Below are positions 1-9,301 of a stretch of DNA of 64,000 nucleotides, one piece after another; position 1 is the first letter of the stretch; each line of letters opens with the position of its first letter. The stretch lies in contig JAZQMQ010000020.1 in the NCBI GenBank assembly GCA_045543555.1, forward strand, positions 2,911-66,910, written 5' to 3'. The position numbers and the translations under genes are program-made. The notes under the pieces are model-generated. The model saw only the letters and a list, made by a program, of their open reading frames with translations, had not been told where the DNA came from and did not search any database. Source of the DNA: Eubacteriales bacterium (GTDB lineage Bacteria > Bacillota > Clostridia > Oscillospirales > CAG-272).

Positions 1-79
1 GGTTGTTTCTTGGTACGACAACGAGAACTCCTACACCTCTCAGATGGTTCGTACTATCAAGTACTTCGCAGAGATCTGA
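1..79 (+). CDS. gap: glyceraldehyde-3-phosphate dehydrogenase, C-terminal end (partial, enters from left edge)
   Basis: Frame 2 reads VVSWYDNENSYTSQMVRTIKYFAEI then TGA at 77-79. This is the conserved WYDNE..SYT..VR GAPDH C-terminus, and a terminator follows. Confidence 0.75.
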   Translation, partial: VVSWYDNENSYTSQMVRTIKYFAEI

Positions 80-103
80 TTATAGCAAATCAAATAAAAA
101 TTA

Positions 104-135
104 CTGCCTCGCTTTATGCGAGGCAGTCTTTTTAT
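104..135 (+). terminator. rho-independent terminator of gap
   Basis: CTGCCTCG-loop-CGAGGCAG stem (104-126) followed by TCTTTTTAT. Confidence 0.8.
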
Positions 136-144
136 GGGATCAAT

Positions 145-695
145 ATGCCACAAATAATAGCACAGGCTATAGGCATTATAGCAACTGTAATAACGATACT
201 GTCGTTTCAGCAAAAGAATCAAAAAGGGATAGTTATATCCAGGCAACTTCCGCTACCCTATGGAGCGTTCCTTTCTTGTCAATCGGCGCTTATACGGGCG
301 GAATATTAAACCTTGTTCCATTCGTCCGAAACAGCGTAATGTCTCAAAGAAACAAGTGGAAACGGGTGGGCAGTTCCCTGTTTGTTGCATTTATGACAAT
401 TGTGTAATTTACGGTATATGCATTATCATTTCTCGTATTTGGCATCCAGCCTACAATTTCAAACTTCATTCTTGAGCTTCTACCCGCGCTGGGAATGATA
501 ACCACCACTTTTGCATTCAGACAGAAGGAAGGCAAGCGGGTCCGTCTGCTCTCGTTACTGAATTCTCCGCTGTGGCTTGTTTATAACGCCTTAAACGAGT
601 CTATTGGCGGTGCAATAACCGAGGTGTTCTGTTTGATATCTATCGGAATTGGCTACATAAGACACGACAGAACGCAAAATAACGACATAAAATAA
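145..695 (+). pseudogene. YgjV-family inner-membrane protein, disrupted by a frameshift and an in-frame stop
   Basis: The YgjV-like reading MPQIIAQAIGIIATVITILSFQQKNQKGIVI (frame 1 from 145) continues in frame 3 as QATSATLWSVPFLSIGAYTGGILNLVPF after about 240. That frame hits TAA at 408-410, then resumes as FTVYALSFLVFGIQP...NSPLWLVYNALNESIGGAITE to 695. Confidence 0.6.
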
Positions 696-940
696 TATAA
701 AAACACTTTAAAGGCTACGCGATCAGAAGTGATAACATTCACAGTGATCACGCCCTCTGCAATTCATCCTAAAACTATGTTATAGATACAATGATATTCG
801 GTATGAATCTCGTTTGCGGACAGTTTTCGTTATTCTACAGCTCACAAACTGATCTATCCAAGGCAATTGAAAACGCTGTACCCTTGAATTGCCCCATTGT
901 CGCATTGTTTGACCTGTTGGATCTTGGTATATTACCGAAG

Positions 941-985
941 AAAAATCAAAAAGCTCCTTAAGAAATTTCTTAAGGAGCTTTTACT
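941..985 (-). terminator. terminator downstream of glcK (bidirectional hairpin)
   Basis: 14-bp perfect stem AAAAGCTCCTTAAG/CTTAAGGAGCTTTT (949-982) with T-runs on both strands. Confidence 0.75.
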
Positions 986-992
986 GTTAATA

Positions 993-1943
993 TTAATAAT
1001 TGATTGCTGCTGCGCCTACGATACCTGCATCGTTTCCAAGCTCTGCGATACAGATTCTGGTCTTCTTTTCAAGAGTTGATGTGTACTGATCCTCTTCAAC
1101 AAGCTTAAGCAGAGGTTTGAGGAGGTAATCCTTTTCGTTACATACTCCGCCACCTATGCAAAGCACGTTAGGCTGGAAGATATTGATAATGTTCGAAACA
1201 CCGCACGCGAGGTATCCAATGTACTTGTCAACGACCTCTTTACCTGCTTCATCGCCCTGCTTCATTGCTGCAAAAGCAGTTCTTGCACTAGCCTTTTCGA
1301 TATCGCCATCAACCATGCTCCACATGATAGAGTCCTTAGCCTCAAGCATCTTTTCCTTAGTCATACGAACAAGAGCAGTTGCAGAGGAATATGCCTCCCA
1401 GCATCCTTTTCTTCCGCATGAGCACTGAACACCGTTGTACTCGATAACAATATGTCCAAGTTCAGCACCCGCATAGTTGAAGCCGGAATATACTTTACCA
1501 TCGATGATAACTCCACCGCCAAGACCTGTGCCAAGAGTAATCATAACAGCGATATCAGCACCTGCAGCTACACCGCCCATTGCCTCGCCGAGCGCTGCTG
1601 CATTTGCGTCGTTCTCAACGTAGATTTTTTCAACAGGGAGATACTTCTTAAGAAGAGCTGCGATAGGGAATCTGCTGAACGGAAGGTTATTTGCATAAAC
1701 AACCATACCCTCTTTAGGATCGATAGATCCGGGAGAAGCAATACCGGCATGTGCGATCTCGCTTACATCGATGTTTGCTTCGTTCAAGAGTCTCATACAG
1801 AGAGCTCCCATATCCTTAACAATTTCTTCAGGCTCACGGTTTGCAAGCGTGGGAGTGCTTCCCTTCTTAACGATCTTATAATTTTCGTCTACGATACCTG
1901 CTGCGATATTTGTTCCGCCAAGGTCAATTCCTATGTAATACAT
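993..1943 (-). CDS. glcK: ROK-family glucokinase
   Basis: 316 aa. N-terminal IGIDLGGTNIAAG ATP-binding motif, ROK Cys motif CSCGRKGCWE, and GNDAGIVGAA near the C-terminus. Confidence 0.9.
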   Translation of the reverse strand: MYYIGIDLGGTNIAAGIVDENYKIVKKGSTPTLANREPEEIVKDMGALCMRLLNEANIDVSEIAHAGIASPGSIDPKEGMVVYANNLPFSRFPIAALLKKYLPVEKIYVENDANAAALGEAMGGVAAGADIAVMITLGTGLGGGVIIDGKVYSGFNYAGAELGHIVIEYNGVQCSCGRKGCWEAYSSATALVRMTKEKMLEAKDSIMWSMVDGDIEKASARTAFAAMKQGDEAGKEVVDKYIGYLACGVSNIINIFQPNVLCIGGGVCNEKDYLLKPLLKLVEEDQYTSTLEKKTRICIAELGNDAGIVGAAAINY

Positions 1944-1991
1944 TTATTTTCTCCGTCTGATTTTTTGATATTTTAGTTATGTGATATGAAC

Positions 1992-2516
1992 TCAGTTATT
2001 CTTCTTGAGAATATCACGAATCTCTGCCAGGAGAGCTTCCTGCTGCATAATGCTGTTATTAAACTCTGCCTGACGGGCATCATCCGCCTCTTTAGCAGCC
2101 TTAGCTTTAGCGTCAGCCTCTGCCTTAGCCTGAGCTTCAGCAGCAATCTTCTCTGCATCAATACGAGCTCTGATACGTCCGATGGTATGAATTACGGCAA
2201 AAATGCAGAGTGCGGTAATAAGGAAATCGATGATGGTCTGGAACCAAGTTCCCCAAAGGATTGCAACCTCGGCAGAAGCCGCAGTTACTACGTTACCTGC
2301 CTCATCAAGAACCTCCTCAACTGCAGGATGGATAATGGTCTTAAGAGAATCAAGGCTTCCATTCTTGATAAATATTCCAACAAAAGGATTGATGATGTAA
2401 TTAACGAGTCCGGTTACGATCTTACCGAATGAACCACCGATTACAACACCGACAGCCATGTCGACAACATTGCCTCTGGTGATAAACTTTTTGAATTCAC
2501 CTATAAATTTTTTCAT
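1992..2516 (-). CDS. mscL: large-conductance mechanosensitive channel MscL with extended Ala/Lys/Glu-rich C-terminus
   Basis: MKKFIGEFKKFITRGNVVDMAVGVVIGGSFGKIV is the MscL signature N-terminus. 174 aa. Confidence 0.92.
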   Translation of the reverse strand: MKKFIGEFKKFITRGNVVDMAVGVVIGGSFGKIVTGLVNYIINPFVGIFIKNGSLDSLKTIIHPAVEEVLDEAGNVVTAASAEVAILWGTWFQTIIDFLITALCIFAVIHTIGRIRARIDAEKIAAEAQAKAEADAKAKAAKEADDARQAEFNNSIMQQEALLAEIRDILKKNN

Positions 2517-2556
2517 AATGCTTTCCTCCGAAAAATTGTCTTTAGAATTTAATGTA

Positions 2557-2585
2557 ATTATATATCAATAATCACGCTTTGTCAA
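2557..2585 (-). promoter_or_regulatory. sigma-A promoter of mscL
   Basis: On the minus strand: TTGACA, 17 nt, TATAAT. Confidence 0.6.
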
Positions 2586-2607
2586 GACAAATTGCCCTAT
2601 AAATCCA

Positions 2608-3291
2608 CTATATTTGAGGATTTTCGAGGTCAAGCTTATCTATGTGCAGAAACGCATTAGCCGCAAGTGTGCTCGACATAGGGACACGCTTTTCACAGTG
2701 ACATTTTTTGCAGTAGATCACAACGTTATCGCCCTTAAATTCAAAATCGCAATCAGGGCTGTCCTTACAGTCGCATCTTATACTTCCCTCATCTTTTAGT
2801 TCAGCAAGCATAAAGCGTACAACGTCTTCTATCTGCGCATAGTCAAGGCGATAATCCTCATCGACGTTGTCTTCACCGTCCACACTGTTTTTTCCACGCA
2901 TAAATGATTCTATGCCATCAAATCCCGCTTCCTCAAGAAGCTCATTCAAGCGCATATCGGCGTCATTTGCTGCCTCTGAGACCTTTTCTTTATTGCCAAT
3001 GAAGCACACGTCAAGTCCCGAATAAGTGCAGTTAAGAGCAAGTATTTCTCGATCGAAAAACGCCCCTTTTGTCAAGAGATAGGTATGAGGCTTGGGGCAG
3101 AAAAGACAAGGCACTGTGATTCTGAGCTTTTCATCACTCGTATATGCGATCTTCAACTCTGAGCCTCCGCAGTCGCACTTGAGCTTTATTAAATCTCCGG
3201 AAAGAGTGAATATTCCCACCATTCCGAATATAAATTTTCCACAGGTCGGGCAACGATATGCAATCGTTGTTTCTTTGGACTGAAGTATCAT
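2608..3291 (-). CDS. Cys-rich hypothetical protein (several CxxC pairs)
   Basis: I chose the internal ATG at 3291 (MILQSKETTIAYRCPTCGKF...) because AAGGAG lies 6 nt upstream and the longer ORF would overlap the upstream gene. It has CPTCG, CDCGG, CLFCP and CKKCHC motifs. Confidence 0.6.
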   Translation of the reverse strand: MILQSKETTIAYRCPTCGKFIFGMVGIFTLSGDLIKLKCDCGGSELKIAYTSDEKLRITVPCLFCPKPHTYLLTKGAFFDREILALNCTYSGLDVCFIGNKEKVSEAANDADMRLNELLEEAGFDGIESFMRGKNSVDGEDNVDEDYRLDYAQIEDVVRFMLAELKDEGSIRCDCKDSPDCDFEFKGDNVVIYCKKCHCEKRVPMSSTLAANAFLHIDKLDLENPQI

Positions 3292-3301
3292 AGTTAACTC
3301 C

Positions 3302-3952
3302 TTATTCTGTCTTTTCTCCATACTTGATTTCGGAATTTGCTGCACTCGACTTACCGGGATCGTAATCTCGAGATGGAACGTCCTTTTCCCATACAATACA
3401 GCTTCCAACGTGAACGTCTCCGTCATCTGTAACAAGGTATATCTTCAAATGAAGCTTTGAAAGATAACTGAGCTCCACGTCTTCAAATGCAATCCTGAAG
3501 TATTTGTACATAAGCGCTGAATCGGTGATGTACTGGTATTTCGTGTAGTGCGTACCTTCGTTATCGGTTAGCTCGAAAACAAATTCCGCCTTACCGTCTT
3601 CGTCGAGCATATCCTTGTAATCCTGATTCAACGTATTGTAGCGTATCATAAACTGAAGCTGACCAATCTCCTCGGTATGATATATCTTGCTTATAAAAAA
3701 CAGTGAGCTAAGCTCGGGATCCTGATACTCGGTAAGCCTTTTTACCGTCAGCTTACCGTCCTTACTTGTTTCAACAGCCTTTTCGGTCCACATATATTTC
3801 TTCATTTTTGCAGTACCGTCCTGATAGCAGGAGCGAAGGCTCAGCCAACAGATCATTATCACCAGAACAGCCAAAAAACCGTATTTTATAACCTTTCCGA
3901 GAATAATTAAAGGTTTCGGTACAATTTTATCTTCAACGGGATCAAAGATCAT
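3302..3952 (-). CDS. hypothetical membrane-anchored protein
   Basis: 216 aa. One N-terminal hydrophobic helix (YGFLAVLVIMICWLSL). The stop lies 10 nt from the next start, so this is an operon pair. Confidence 0.6.
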   Translation of the reverse strand: MIFDPVEDKIVPKPLIILGKVIKYGFLAVLVIMICWLSLRSCYQDGTAKMKKYMWTEKAVETSKDGKLTVKRLTEYQDPELSSLFFISKIYHTEEIGQLQFMIRYNTLNQDYKDMLDEDGKAEFVFELTDNEGTHYTKYQYITDSALMYKYFRIAFEDVELSYLSKLHLKIYLVTDDGDVHVGSCIVWEKDVPSRDYDPGKSSAANSEIKYGEKTE

Positions 3953-3988
3953 AATAAACCATCCTTACAGTTTTCATATATTTCTATT

Positions 3989-4017
3989 ATTCTACCACAT
4001 TTATCCCCAGCATTCAA
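3989..4017 (-). promoter_or_regulatory. candidate promoter of the 3952-2608 two-gene unit
   Basis: Minus strand: TTGAAT, 17 nt, (TGg)TAGAAT. Divergent from the trpS promoter. Confidence 0.5.
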
Positions 4018-4077
4018 GTAGATTGAGCATCGAAAAAGGTAATTTAAAAATAAATTTACAAAAAAGCTTTATAAGTA

Positions 4078-4106
4078 TTGCAAAAATGCCCGTTTTATGC
4101 TAAAAT
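4078..4106 (+). promoter_or_regulatory. sigma-A promoter of trpS
   Basis: TTGCAA (4078-4083), 17 nt, TGcTAAAAT extended -10 (4098-4106). GGAGG RBS before the ATG at 4149. Confidence 0.65.
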
Positions 4107-4148
4107 ATCATTTATAGGCATCAAAACCAACAAGGAGGTAAAAACGTA

Positions 4149-5162
4149 ATGGAAAATGCTGAAAACGTAATTAAAAAAACAATATTTTCGGGAGTCCAGC
4201 CAAGCGGAAAGCTGACTATCGGTAACTATCTCGGGTCTATCAAGAATTGGCGGGAATTTCAGGAAAGCTACAACTGCATTTACTGCGTCGTTGACCTTCA
4301 CGCTATAACCGTCCGTCAGGACCCGGCGGAGCTTCGCCGCCGCACCTACGAAACTCTGGCGCTCTACATCGCAAGCGGTCTCGACCCCGAAAAGAATACC
4401 CTTTTCGTGCAGAGCCACGTTCCCGCTCACGCAGAGCTTGCTTGGGTGCTAAACTGCTACTCAATGCACGGTGAGCTTAACCGTATGACTCAGTTCAAGG
4501 ATAAGAGCCAGAAATACGCATCAAATATCAATGCAGGTCTTTTCACATATCCTGTGCTTATGGCGGCTGATATTCTGCTTTATCAGACTAATTTGGTTCC
4601 TGTCGGTATCGATCAGATGCAGCACATCGAGCTTACCCGCGACATCGCAAACCGTTTTAATCAGGTCTACGGCGATACCTTCGCAATCCCCGAGGGCTTC
4701 ATTCCCAAGGCGGGCGCGAAGATCATGTCTCTATCTGAGCCCGAGAAAAAGATGAGCAAATCTGACAGCAATGGTAATGCATCAGTCTACATTCTCGACA
4801 GCCGTGACGACATAATCAGAAAGTTCAAGCGTGCGGTCACAGACTCCGACACCGTAGTCCGTCGCGGCGAGGGTAAGGACGGCATAAATAACCTTATGAC
4901 CATCTACACTGCATTCACAGGCAAAACCGACGCTGAAATTGAGAAGGAATTTGAAGGTCTTGGCTATGGACACTTCAAGCTAGCGGTAGGAGAGACCGTT
5001 GCAGACGCTTTAGCCCCCGTAAAGGCTGAATTTGACAGACTTATGAGCGACAAAGCATACCTTGAAGGCGTAATGAAGGACGGCTCCGCACGCGCGTCGT
5101 ACCTTGCAAGAAAGACCCTCTCCAAGGTCTACCGTAAGGTCGGATTTACACAGCCGAAGTGA
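4149..5162 (+). CDS. trpS: tryptophan--tRNA ligase
   Basis: 337 aa. Class I motifs: SGVQPSGKLTIGNYLG (HIGH-region equivalent) and KMSKS. Confidence 0.95.
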   Translation: MENAENVIKKTIFSGVQPSGKLTIGNYLGSIKNWREFQESYNCIYCVVDLHAITVRQDPAELRRRTYETLALYIASGLDPEKNTLFVQSHVPAHAELAWVLNCYSMHGELNRMTQFKDKSQKYASNINAGLFTYPVLMAADILLYQTNLVPVGIDQMQHIELTRDIANRFNQVYGDTFAIPEGFIPKAGAKIMSLSEPEKKMSKSDSNGNASVYILDSRDDIIRKFKRAVTDSDTVVRRGEGKDGINNLMTIYTAFTGKTDAEIEKEFEGLGYGHFKLAVGETVADALAPVKAEFDRLMSDKAYLEGVMKDGSARASYLARKTLSKVYRKVGFTQPK

Positions 5163-5274
5163 TAGAGAAATTACCACCCAAATCGAGTGAAAATTTTAGA
5201 TAATAAATAATAAAGCATAAATAATAAATATGAAATAAGAATGAATAGCACCAAACAGTGCGACTCCAAACATC

Positions 5275-5300
5275 AAAAAGCACCCTCACGGGTGCTTTTT
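5275..5300. terminator. bidirectional terminator (trpS / convergent membrane-protein gene)
   Basis: AAAAAGCACCC-TCAC-GGGTGCTTTTT perfect hairpin. Confidence 0.8.
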
Positions 5301-5678
5301 GATTATCCGTTCTGTGGTATATATTAGCGTACAACCTACTGCATAGCAGATTATATCTGCTACGGAGAAGGTTCTGCCTATGATGATTGACAATATCGAA
5401 CTTGACGGGATATCAAGCAGTGCTACCACGTCAACGAACTGCATCAGTTCGACGCCGCAGGCGAATATGAAGATGTACAGGGGCAGGAGCTTTATGCCTT
5501 TTGGGAATATCACCCTCAACGCGCAATATATCAGCACCACGACCAGCACGTCGCCAACATACGGGCGCACGAAATTGTCGCGCACAAAGTCTCCTATGAA
5601 TATTTCGACGCCCAGCAGCAAAACGAGTGCTATCAGGTACACGGTTCTTAATTTTTTATGCTTCATTCTAAGTCTCAT
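5286..5678 (-). CDS. small polytopic membrane protein (DUF2809-like)
   Basis: 130 aa with four hydrophobic segments. The FVRPYVGDVLVV motif resembles DUF2809. This family assignment is from memory only. Confidence 0.55.
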   Translation of the reverse strand: MRLRMKHKKLRTVYLIALVLLLGVEIFIGDFVRDNFVRPYVGDVLVVVLIYCALRVIFPKGIKLLPLYIFIFACGVELMQFVDVVALLDIPSSSILSIIIGRTFSVADIICYAVGCTLIYTTERIIKKHP

Positions 5679-5683
5679 TTATC

Positions 5684-5709
5684 AAATGCCCCTCGTGTGC
5701 GGGGCATTT
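5684..5709 (-). terminator. hairpin downstream of typA (possible terminator)
   Basis: AAATGCCCC-8 nt-GGGGCATTT. The T-run is strong on the plus strand and weaker on the minus strand. Confidence 0.45.
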
Positions 5710-5719
5710 TGTTATTCAA

Positions 5720-7573
5720 TTACTGCTGAGCCTTTTTCTTTGCCGCCTGTGCCTTTTTACGTGTGGGAGTGTCGAGAATTACCTTACGCAGACGAAGGCT
5801 CTTGGGAGTTACCTCGATAAGCTCGTCGTCAGCAATAAATTCGATTGCTTCCTCAAGCGACATAAACTTGGGGGGCGTGAGAATGAGCTTTTCGTCCGCA
5901 CCCTTGGAGCGAATTGCGGTAAGCTGCTTTGTCTTGCAGGGATTTATCTCGATATCGCCCGCCTTGGGGTTTTCACCGACAATCATTCCCTCGTAAACGT
6001 CGGTCTGTACGCCGACGAAGAGCTGACCTCTCTCCTGAGAATTAAACAGACCGTAGGATGTAGTCTCGCCCTGCTCGGAGGCAACGAGAGATCCCGTCTG
6101 ACGTGTAGGGATATCACCTTTATAAGGATGGTAGCCCTCGAACACGGTGTTCATTATTCCTTCTCCTCTGGTTGCGGTAAGGAATTCGCTTCTGTATCCG
6201 AAGAGACAACGGGAAGGAATGGTATAGTTAAGCTCCATTCTGTTTCCTCTTGCTCCCATTGTCACAAGCTCGCCCTTTCTTGAGCCGAGCTTTTCCATTA
6301 CGGAGCCCATATAGATATCAGGTACGTCGATTATAACAGTTTCGTATGGCTCGCACTTAACACCGTCTATTGTCTTGTAAAGCACGCGGGGAGTTGACAA
6401 AGAAAGCTCATATCCCTCTCGTCTCATGGTTTCAACAAGAATGGAAAGATGCATTTCACCTCTGCCCGCGACCTTGAAGCTATCGGTGGTCTCACCGTCC
6501 TCAACACGAAGTGATACGTCTTTAAGAAGTTCACGGTAAAGACGCTCTCTGATCTGACGGGATGTAACGAATTTACCCTCCTTGCCTGCAAAGGGGCTGT
6601 CGTTTACCGCGAACGTCATCTCAATGGTAGGTTCGCTTATCTTCACGAAAGGAAGAGGTTCAGGAGCATTGACCGAAGTTATGGTATCTCCGATCGTGAT
6701 GTTTTCTGCACCGGAGAAGCAAATTATATCACCAACGTGTGCTTCCTCAACAGTTCTTCTTCCAAGTCCGTCAAACTGCTGAATGGAAACGATCTTTGTT
6801 CTCACGGGATTTGCACCCGTATGGTAATTGCAAATAAGAGCTTCCTGATTCTGCTTGATAGATCCGCGCTCGATTCGTCCGATACCCATTCTTCCGACGT
6901 AATCGTTATAGTCGATAGAGGAAACGAGGAGCTGAAGCTCGCCCTCCTCATCACCCTCGGGTGCGGGAATGTACTCGAGAATAGTATCGAAAAGCGGCTG
7001 AAGGTCAACACCGGGCTCGTAGGGTGTGATGGATGCAGTACCTGCTCTTCCCGAACAGAAAAGCATGGGGGAATCGAGCTGATCATCGGTAGCATCGAGA
7101 TCCATAAGAAGCTCAAGGACCTCGTCCTCAACCTCCTCAATGCGCGCATCGGGCTTGTCTATTTTATTTACAACTACTATAACTCTGTGGTTAAGCTCAA
7201 GCGCCTTCTGAAGCACGAAACGGGTCTGGGGCATAGGTCCCTCCGCCGCATCGACAAGAAGTATAACTCCGTTTACCATCTTGAGTATTCTCTCTACCTC
7301 ACCCGAGAAATCCGCGTGTCCGGGGGTGTCGATGATGTTGATTTTTACGTCCTTATAGTGAACTGCAGTATTTTTTGCCAGAATGGTAATGCCTCTCTCC
7401 TTTTCAAGAGCGTTTGAGTCCATTACTCTCTCCTCTGTTGCCTGATTATCGCGGTAAACTCCGCCCTGCTTCAGCATTTGGTCAACGAGTGTGGTCTTGC
7501 CGTGGTCAACGTGAGCGATGATCGCTATATTTCTTAAATCGTTCCTAACCAAGTTTTCATCTTCCTTACTCAA
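5720..7573 (-). CDS. typA: translational GTPase TypA/BipA
   Basis: 617 aa. G-domain motifs [14 protein letters not shown] and NKID. Overall TypA architecture. Confidence 0.95.
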   Translation of the reverse strand: MSKEDENLVRNDLRNIAIIAHVDHGKTTLVDQMLKQGGVYRDNQATEERVMDSNALEKERGITILAKNTAVHYKDVKINIIDTPGHADFSGEVERILKMVNGVILLVDAAEGPMPQTRFVLQKALELNHRVIVVVNKIDKPDARIEEVEDEVLELLMDLDATDDQLDSPMLFCSGRAGTASITPYEPGVDLQPLFDTILEYIPAPEGDEEGELQLLVSSIDYNDYVGRMGIGRIERGSIKQNQEALICNYHTGANPVRTKIVSIQQFDGLGRRTVEEAHVGDIICFSGAENITIGDTITSVNAPEPLPFVKISEPTIEMTFAVNDSPFAGKEGKFVTSRQIRERLYRELLKDVSLRVEDGETTDSFKVAGRGEMHLSILVETMRREGYELSLSTPRVLYKTIDGVKCEPYETVIIDVPDIYMGSVMEKLGSRKGELVTMGARGNRMELNYTIPSRCLFGYRSEFLTATRGEGIMNTVFEGYHPYKGDIPTRQTGSLVASEQGETTSYGLFNSQERGQLFVGVQTDVYEGMIVGENPKAGDIEINPCKTKQLTAIRSKGADEKLILTPPKFMSLEEAIEFIADDELIEVTPKSLRLRKVILDTPTRKKAQAAKKKAQQ

Positions 7574-7673
7574 TAAATTTAACAGTTAATTATAACACAG
7601 TTTCAAAACAATTTCAATAGTTTTTTACAAATACAAGGTGCTATTAACTAAAAAGCTATTTTTTACCAACTAC

Positions 7674-7702
7674 TTGATTTTGTTAAAAATGTATGATATA
7701 AT
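7674..7702 (+). promoter_or_regulatory. sigma-A promoter of znuCB
   Basis: TTGATT (7674-7679), 17 nt, TGaTATAAT (7694-7702). Confidence 0.65.
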
Positions 7703-7727
7703 TTGAAATTGATAATCATTTTCAAAT
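7701..7727. promoter_or_regulatory. Fur-family (Zur-type) operator candidate
   Basis: 27-nt near-perfect palindrome ATTTGAAATTGATAATCATTTTCAAAT containing the Fur-box-like core TGATAATCATT. It overlaps the -10 and transcription start of a metal ABC operon. Confidence 0.5.
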
Positions 7728-7737
7728 CGAGGTTATA

Positions 7738-8424
7738 ATGACTGTAATAGAATGTAAAAATCTTTGTTTATCATACGGAAGTATGCCCGTAATAAAAGAT
7801 TTGAGCTTTTGTATATCAGACGGACAATGCGTCTGTGTTGCAGGCGAGAACGGAACCGGAAAAAGCACTCTGATTAAGGCAATTTTAGGCTTAAAGGAAG
7901 CAACTTCCGGCGAAATACTGTTTTGCGACGGACTTTCAAAAAATCACATAGGATATCTCCCGCAAAGGACCGAAACGCAAAAGGATTTTCCTGCAACTGT
8001 TTGGGAGGTAGTTCTCTCGGGACGTCTCGAATCAGGCAGACTGCCTTTTTATACAAAAAATGACAAAAAGATCGCAGTGGATAAGCTCGCGCTTCTTGAC
8101 ATAACCAATCTTAAGAAACGAAGCTTTGCGGAGCTTTCGGGCGGTCAACAGCAAAGAGCCCTTCTTTGCCGTGCTCTTTGCGCCGCAAAGAAGCTTATAA
8201 TTCTCGATGAGCCGGTTGCGGGGCTTGACCCAACTGCCACAAGCGAGTTTTACAAGATAATTCACCGTCTTAAGCATGAGGGAGTGACCGTCATTATGGT
8301 TTCCCACGACATTCACTGTGCTTTGGCTGTAGCGGACAAGCTTCTTATCCTCCGTAATGACGGTTATTCATATACAGACGCTGTAGAACATCATCACGAC
8401 GCGGAAGGGGGCTGCATATTATGA
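7738..8424 (+). CDS. znuC: metal (zinc-type) ABC transporter ATP-binding protein
   Basis: 228 aa. Walker A GENGTGKST, signature LSGGQQQR, Walker B LIILDEP. Coupled to an ABC-3 permease. Confidence 0.85.
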   Translation: MTVIECKNLCLSYGSMPVIKDLSFCISDGQCVCVAGENGTGKSTLIKAILGLKEATSGEILFCDGLSKNHIGYLPQRTETQKDFPATVWEVVLSGRLESGRLPFYTKNDKKIAVDKLALLDITNLKKRSFAELSGGQQQRALLCRALCAAKKLIILDEPVAGLDPTATSEFYKIIHRLKHEGVTVIMVSHDIHCALAVADKLLILRNDGYSYTDAVEHHHDAEGGCIL

Positions 8425-9248
8425 ACTTTTTTGAAGAACTCATTGCTATGTTCTCGCTTAATTCCATGGTGTATGCATTTGTGTGCGGAATTTTGATATC
8501 CGTATGCTCTGCCATGCTCGGTGTAAGCCTCGTTCTCAAGAGATATTCAATGATCGGTGACGGTCTTTCACACGTAGCTTTTGCTTCTCTTGCTATTGGA
8601 AGCGCACTTTCGGTCGCGCCCATGCTTCTCACGGTTCCCGTTGTACTAATCGCTGCATTTTTCCTGCTTCGTCTGAATGAAAAAGGAAAAATGAAGGGTG
8701 ATGCCCTAACCGCCATAATATCTACAGGCGCATTAGCTATCGGAACCGTAGCCGCTTCCCTTTCTCCGGGATCAAATATCGACTTAAACGGATATATGTT
8801 CGGAAGTATTCTTGCTTTAGATGAGGGTGACGTTATATTAAGCGCAATATTGTTTGCTATCGTCGTTCCGATATACTCTATACTGTACAATAGGATTTTT
8901 GCCGTTACATTTGATCCCATATTTGCAAAAGCAACGGGCACGAAGGTAGGAATATACGACACGGTCTTGGCTTTGCTTTCAGCTGTTACTATCGTTGTTG
9001 GTATGCGTTTTATGGGTGCTCTCTTGATTTCTGCTCTGATAGTATTCCCTCCAATGACCGCAATGCGACTTATGAAAAGCTTCAAGGGTGTAGTTATATG
9101 CTCTGCGATCCTACCCGTTTTCTCCTTTGTGATCGGCCTCACCGCTTCGTATTTTCTTTCAACCCCTGCCGGTGCAAGTGTCGTTTGCGTAAGTCTCATC
9201 ATATTCATAATATCCTCTATAATGGGCTCATTCAAAAAAAGACATTGA
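8421..9248 (+). CDS. znuB: metal ABC transporter permease (ABC-3 family)
   Basis: 275 aa, polytopic. ATGA overlap with znuC. Confidence 0.85.
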   Translation: MNFFEELIAMFSLNSMVYAFVCGILISVCSAMLGVSLVLKRYSMIGDGLSHVAFASLAIGSALSVAPMLLTVPVVLIAAFFLLRLNEKGKMKGDALTAIISTGALAIGTVAASLSPGSNIDLNGYMFGSILALDEGDVILSAILFAIVVPIYSILYNRIFAVTFDPIFAKATGTKVGIYDTVLALLSAVTIVVGMRFMGALLISALIVFPPMTAMRLMKSFKGVVICSAILPVFSFVIGLTASYFLSTPAGASVVCVSLIIFIISSIMGSFKKRH

Positions 9249-9274
9249 CACTTTTCGGTCTGTAATGGTATAAT
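9245..9274 (+). promoter_or_regulatory. promoter of the 9302 gene
   Basis: TTGACA (9245-9250), 18 nt, TGgTATAAT (9266-9274). GGAG RBS before the ATG at 9302. Confidence 0.55.
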
Positions 9275-9301
9275 AAAAAAAACACATAAGGAGAACTGAC
9301 C

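Noticed and set aside
696-940. About 250 nt without an ORF between the ygjV-like pseudogene and the glcK terminator. I checked it for an RNA gene or a decayed CDS.
   Set aside because: I found only a roughly 55-codon unannotatable frame on the minus strand. There is no tRNA-like or riboswitch-like structure and no promoter/terminator pair. I left it as unexplained spacer.
3953-4148. Possible T-box leader upstream of trpS.
   Set aside because: The -10 element ends at 4106, only about 40 nt before the ATG. There is no room for specifier or antiterminator helices, and no T-box sequence or terminator is present.
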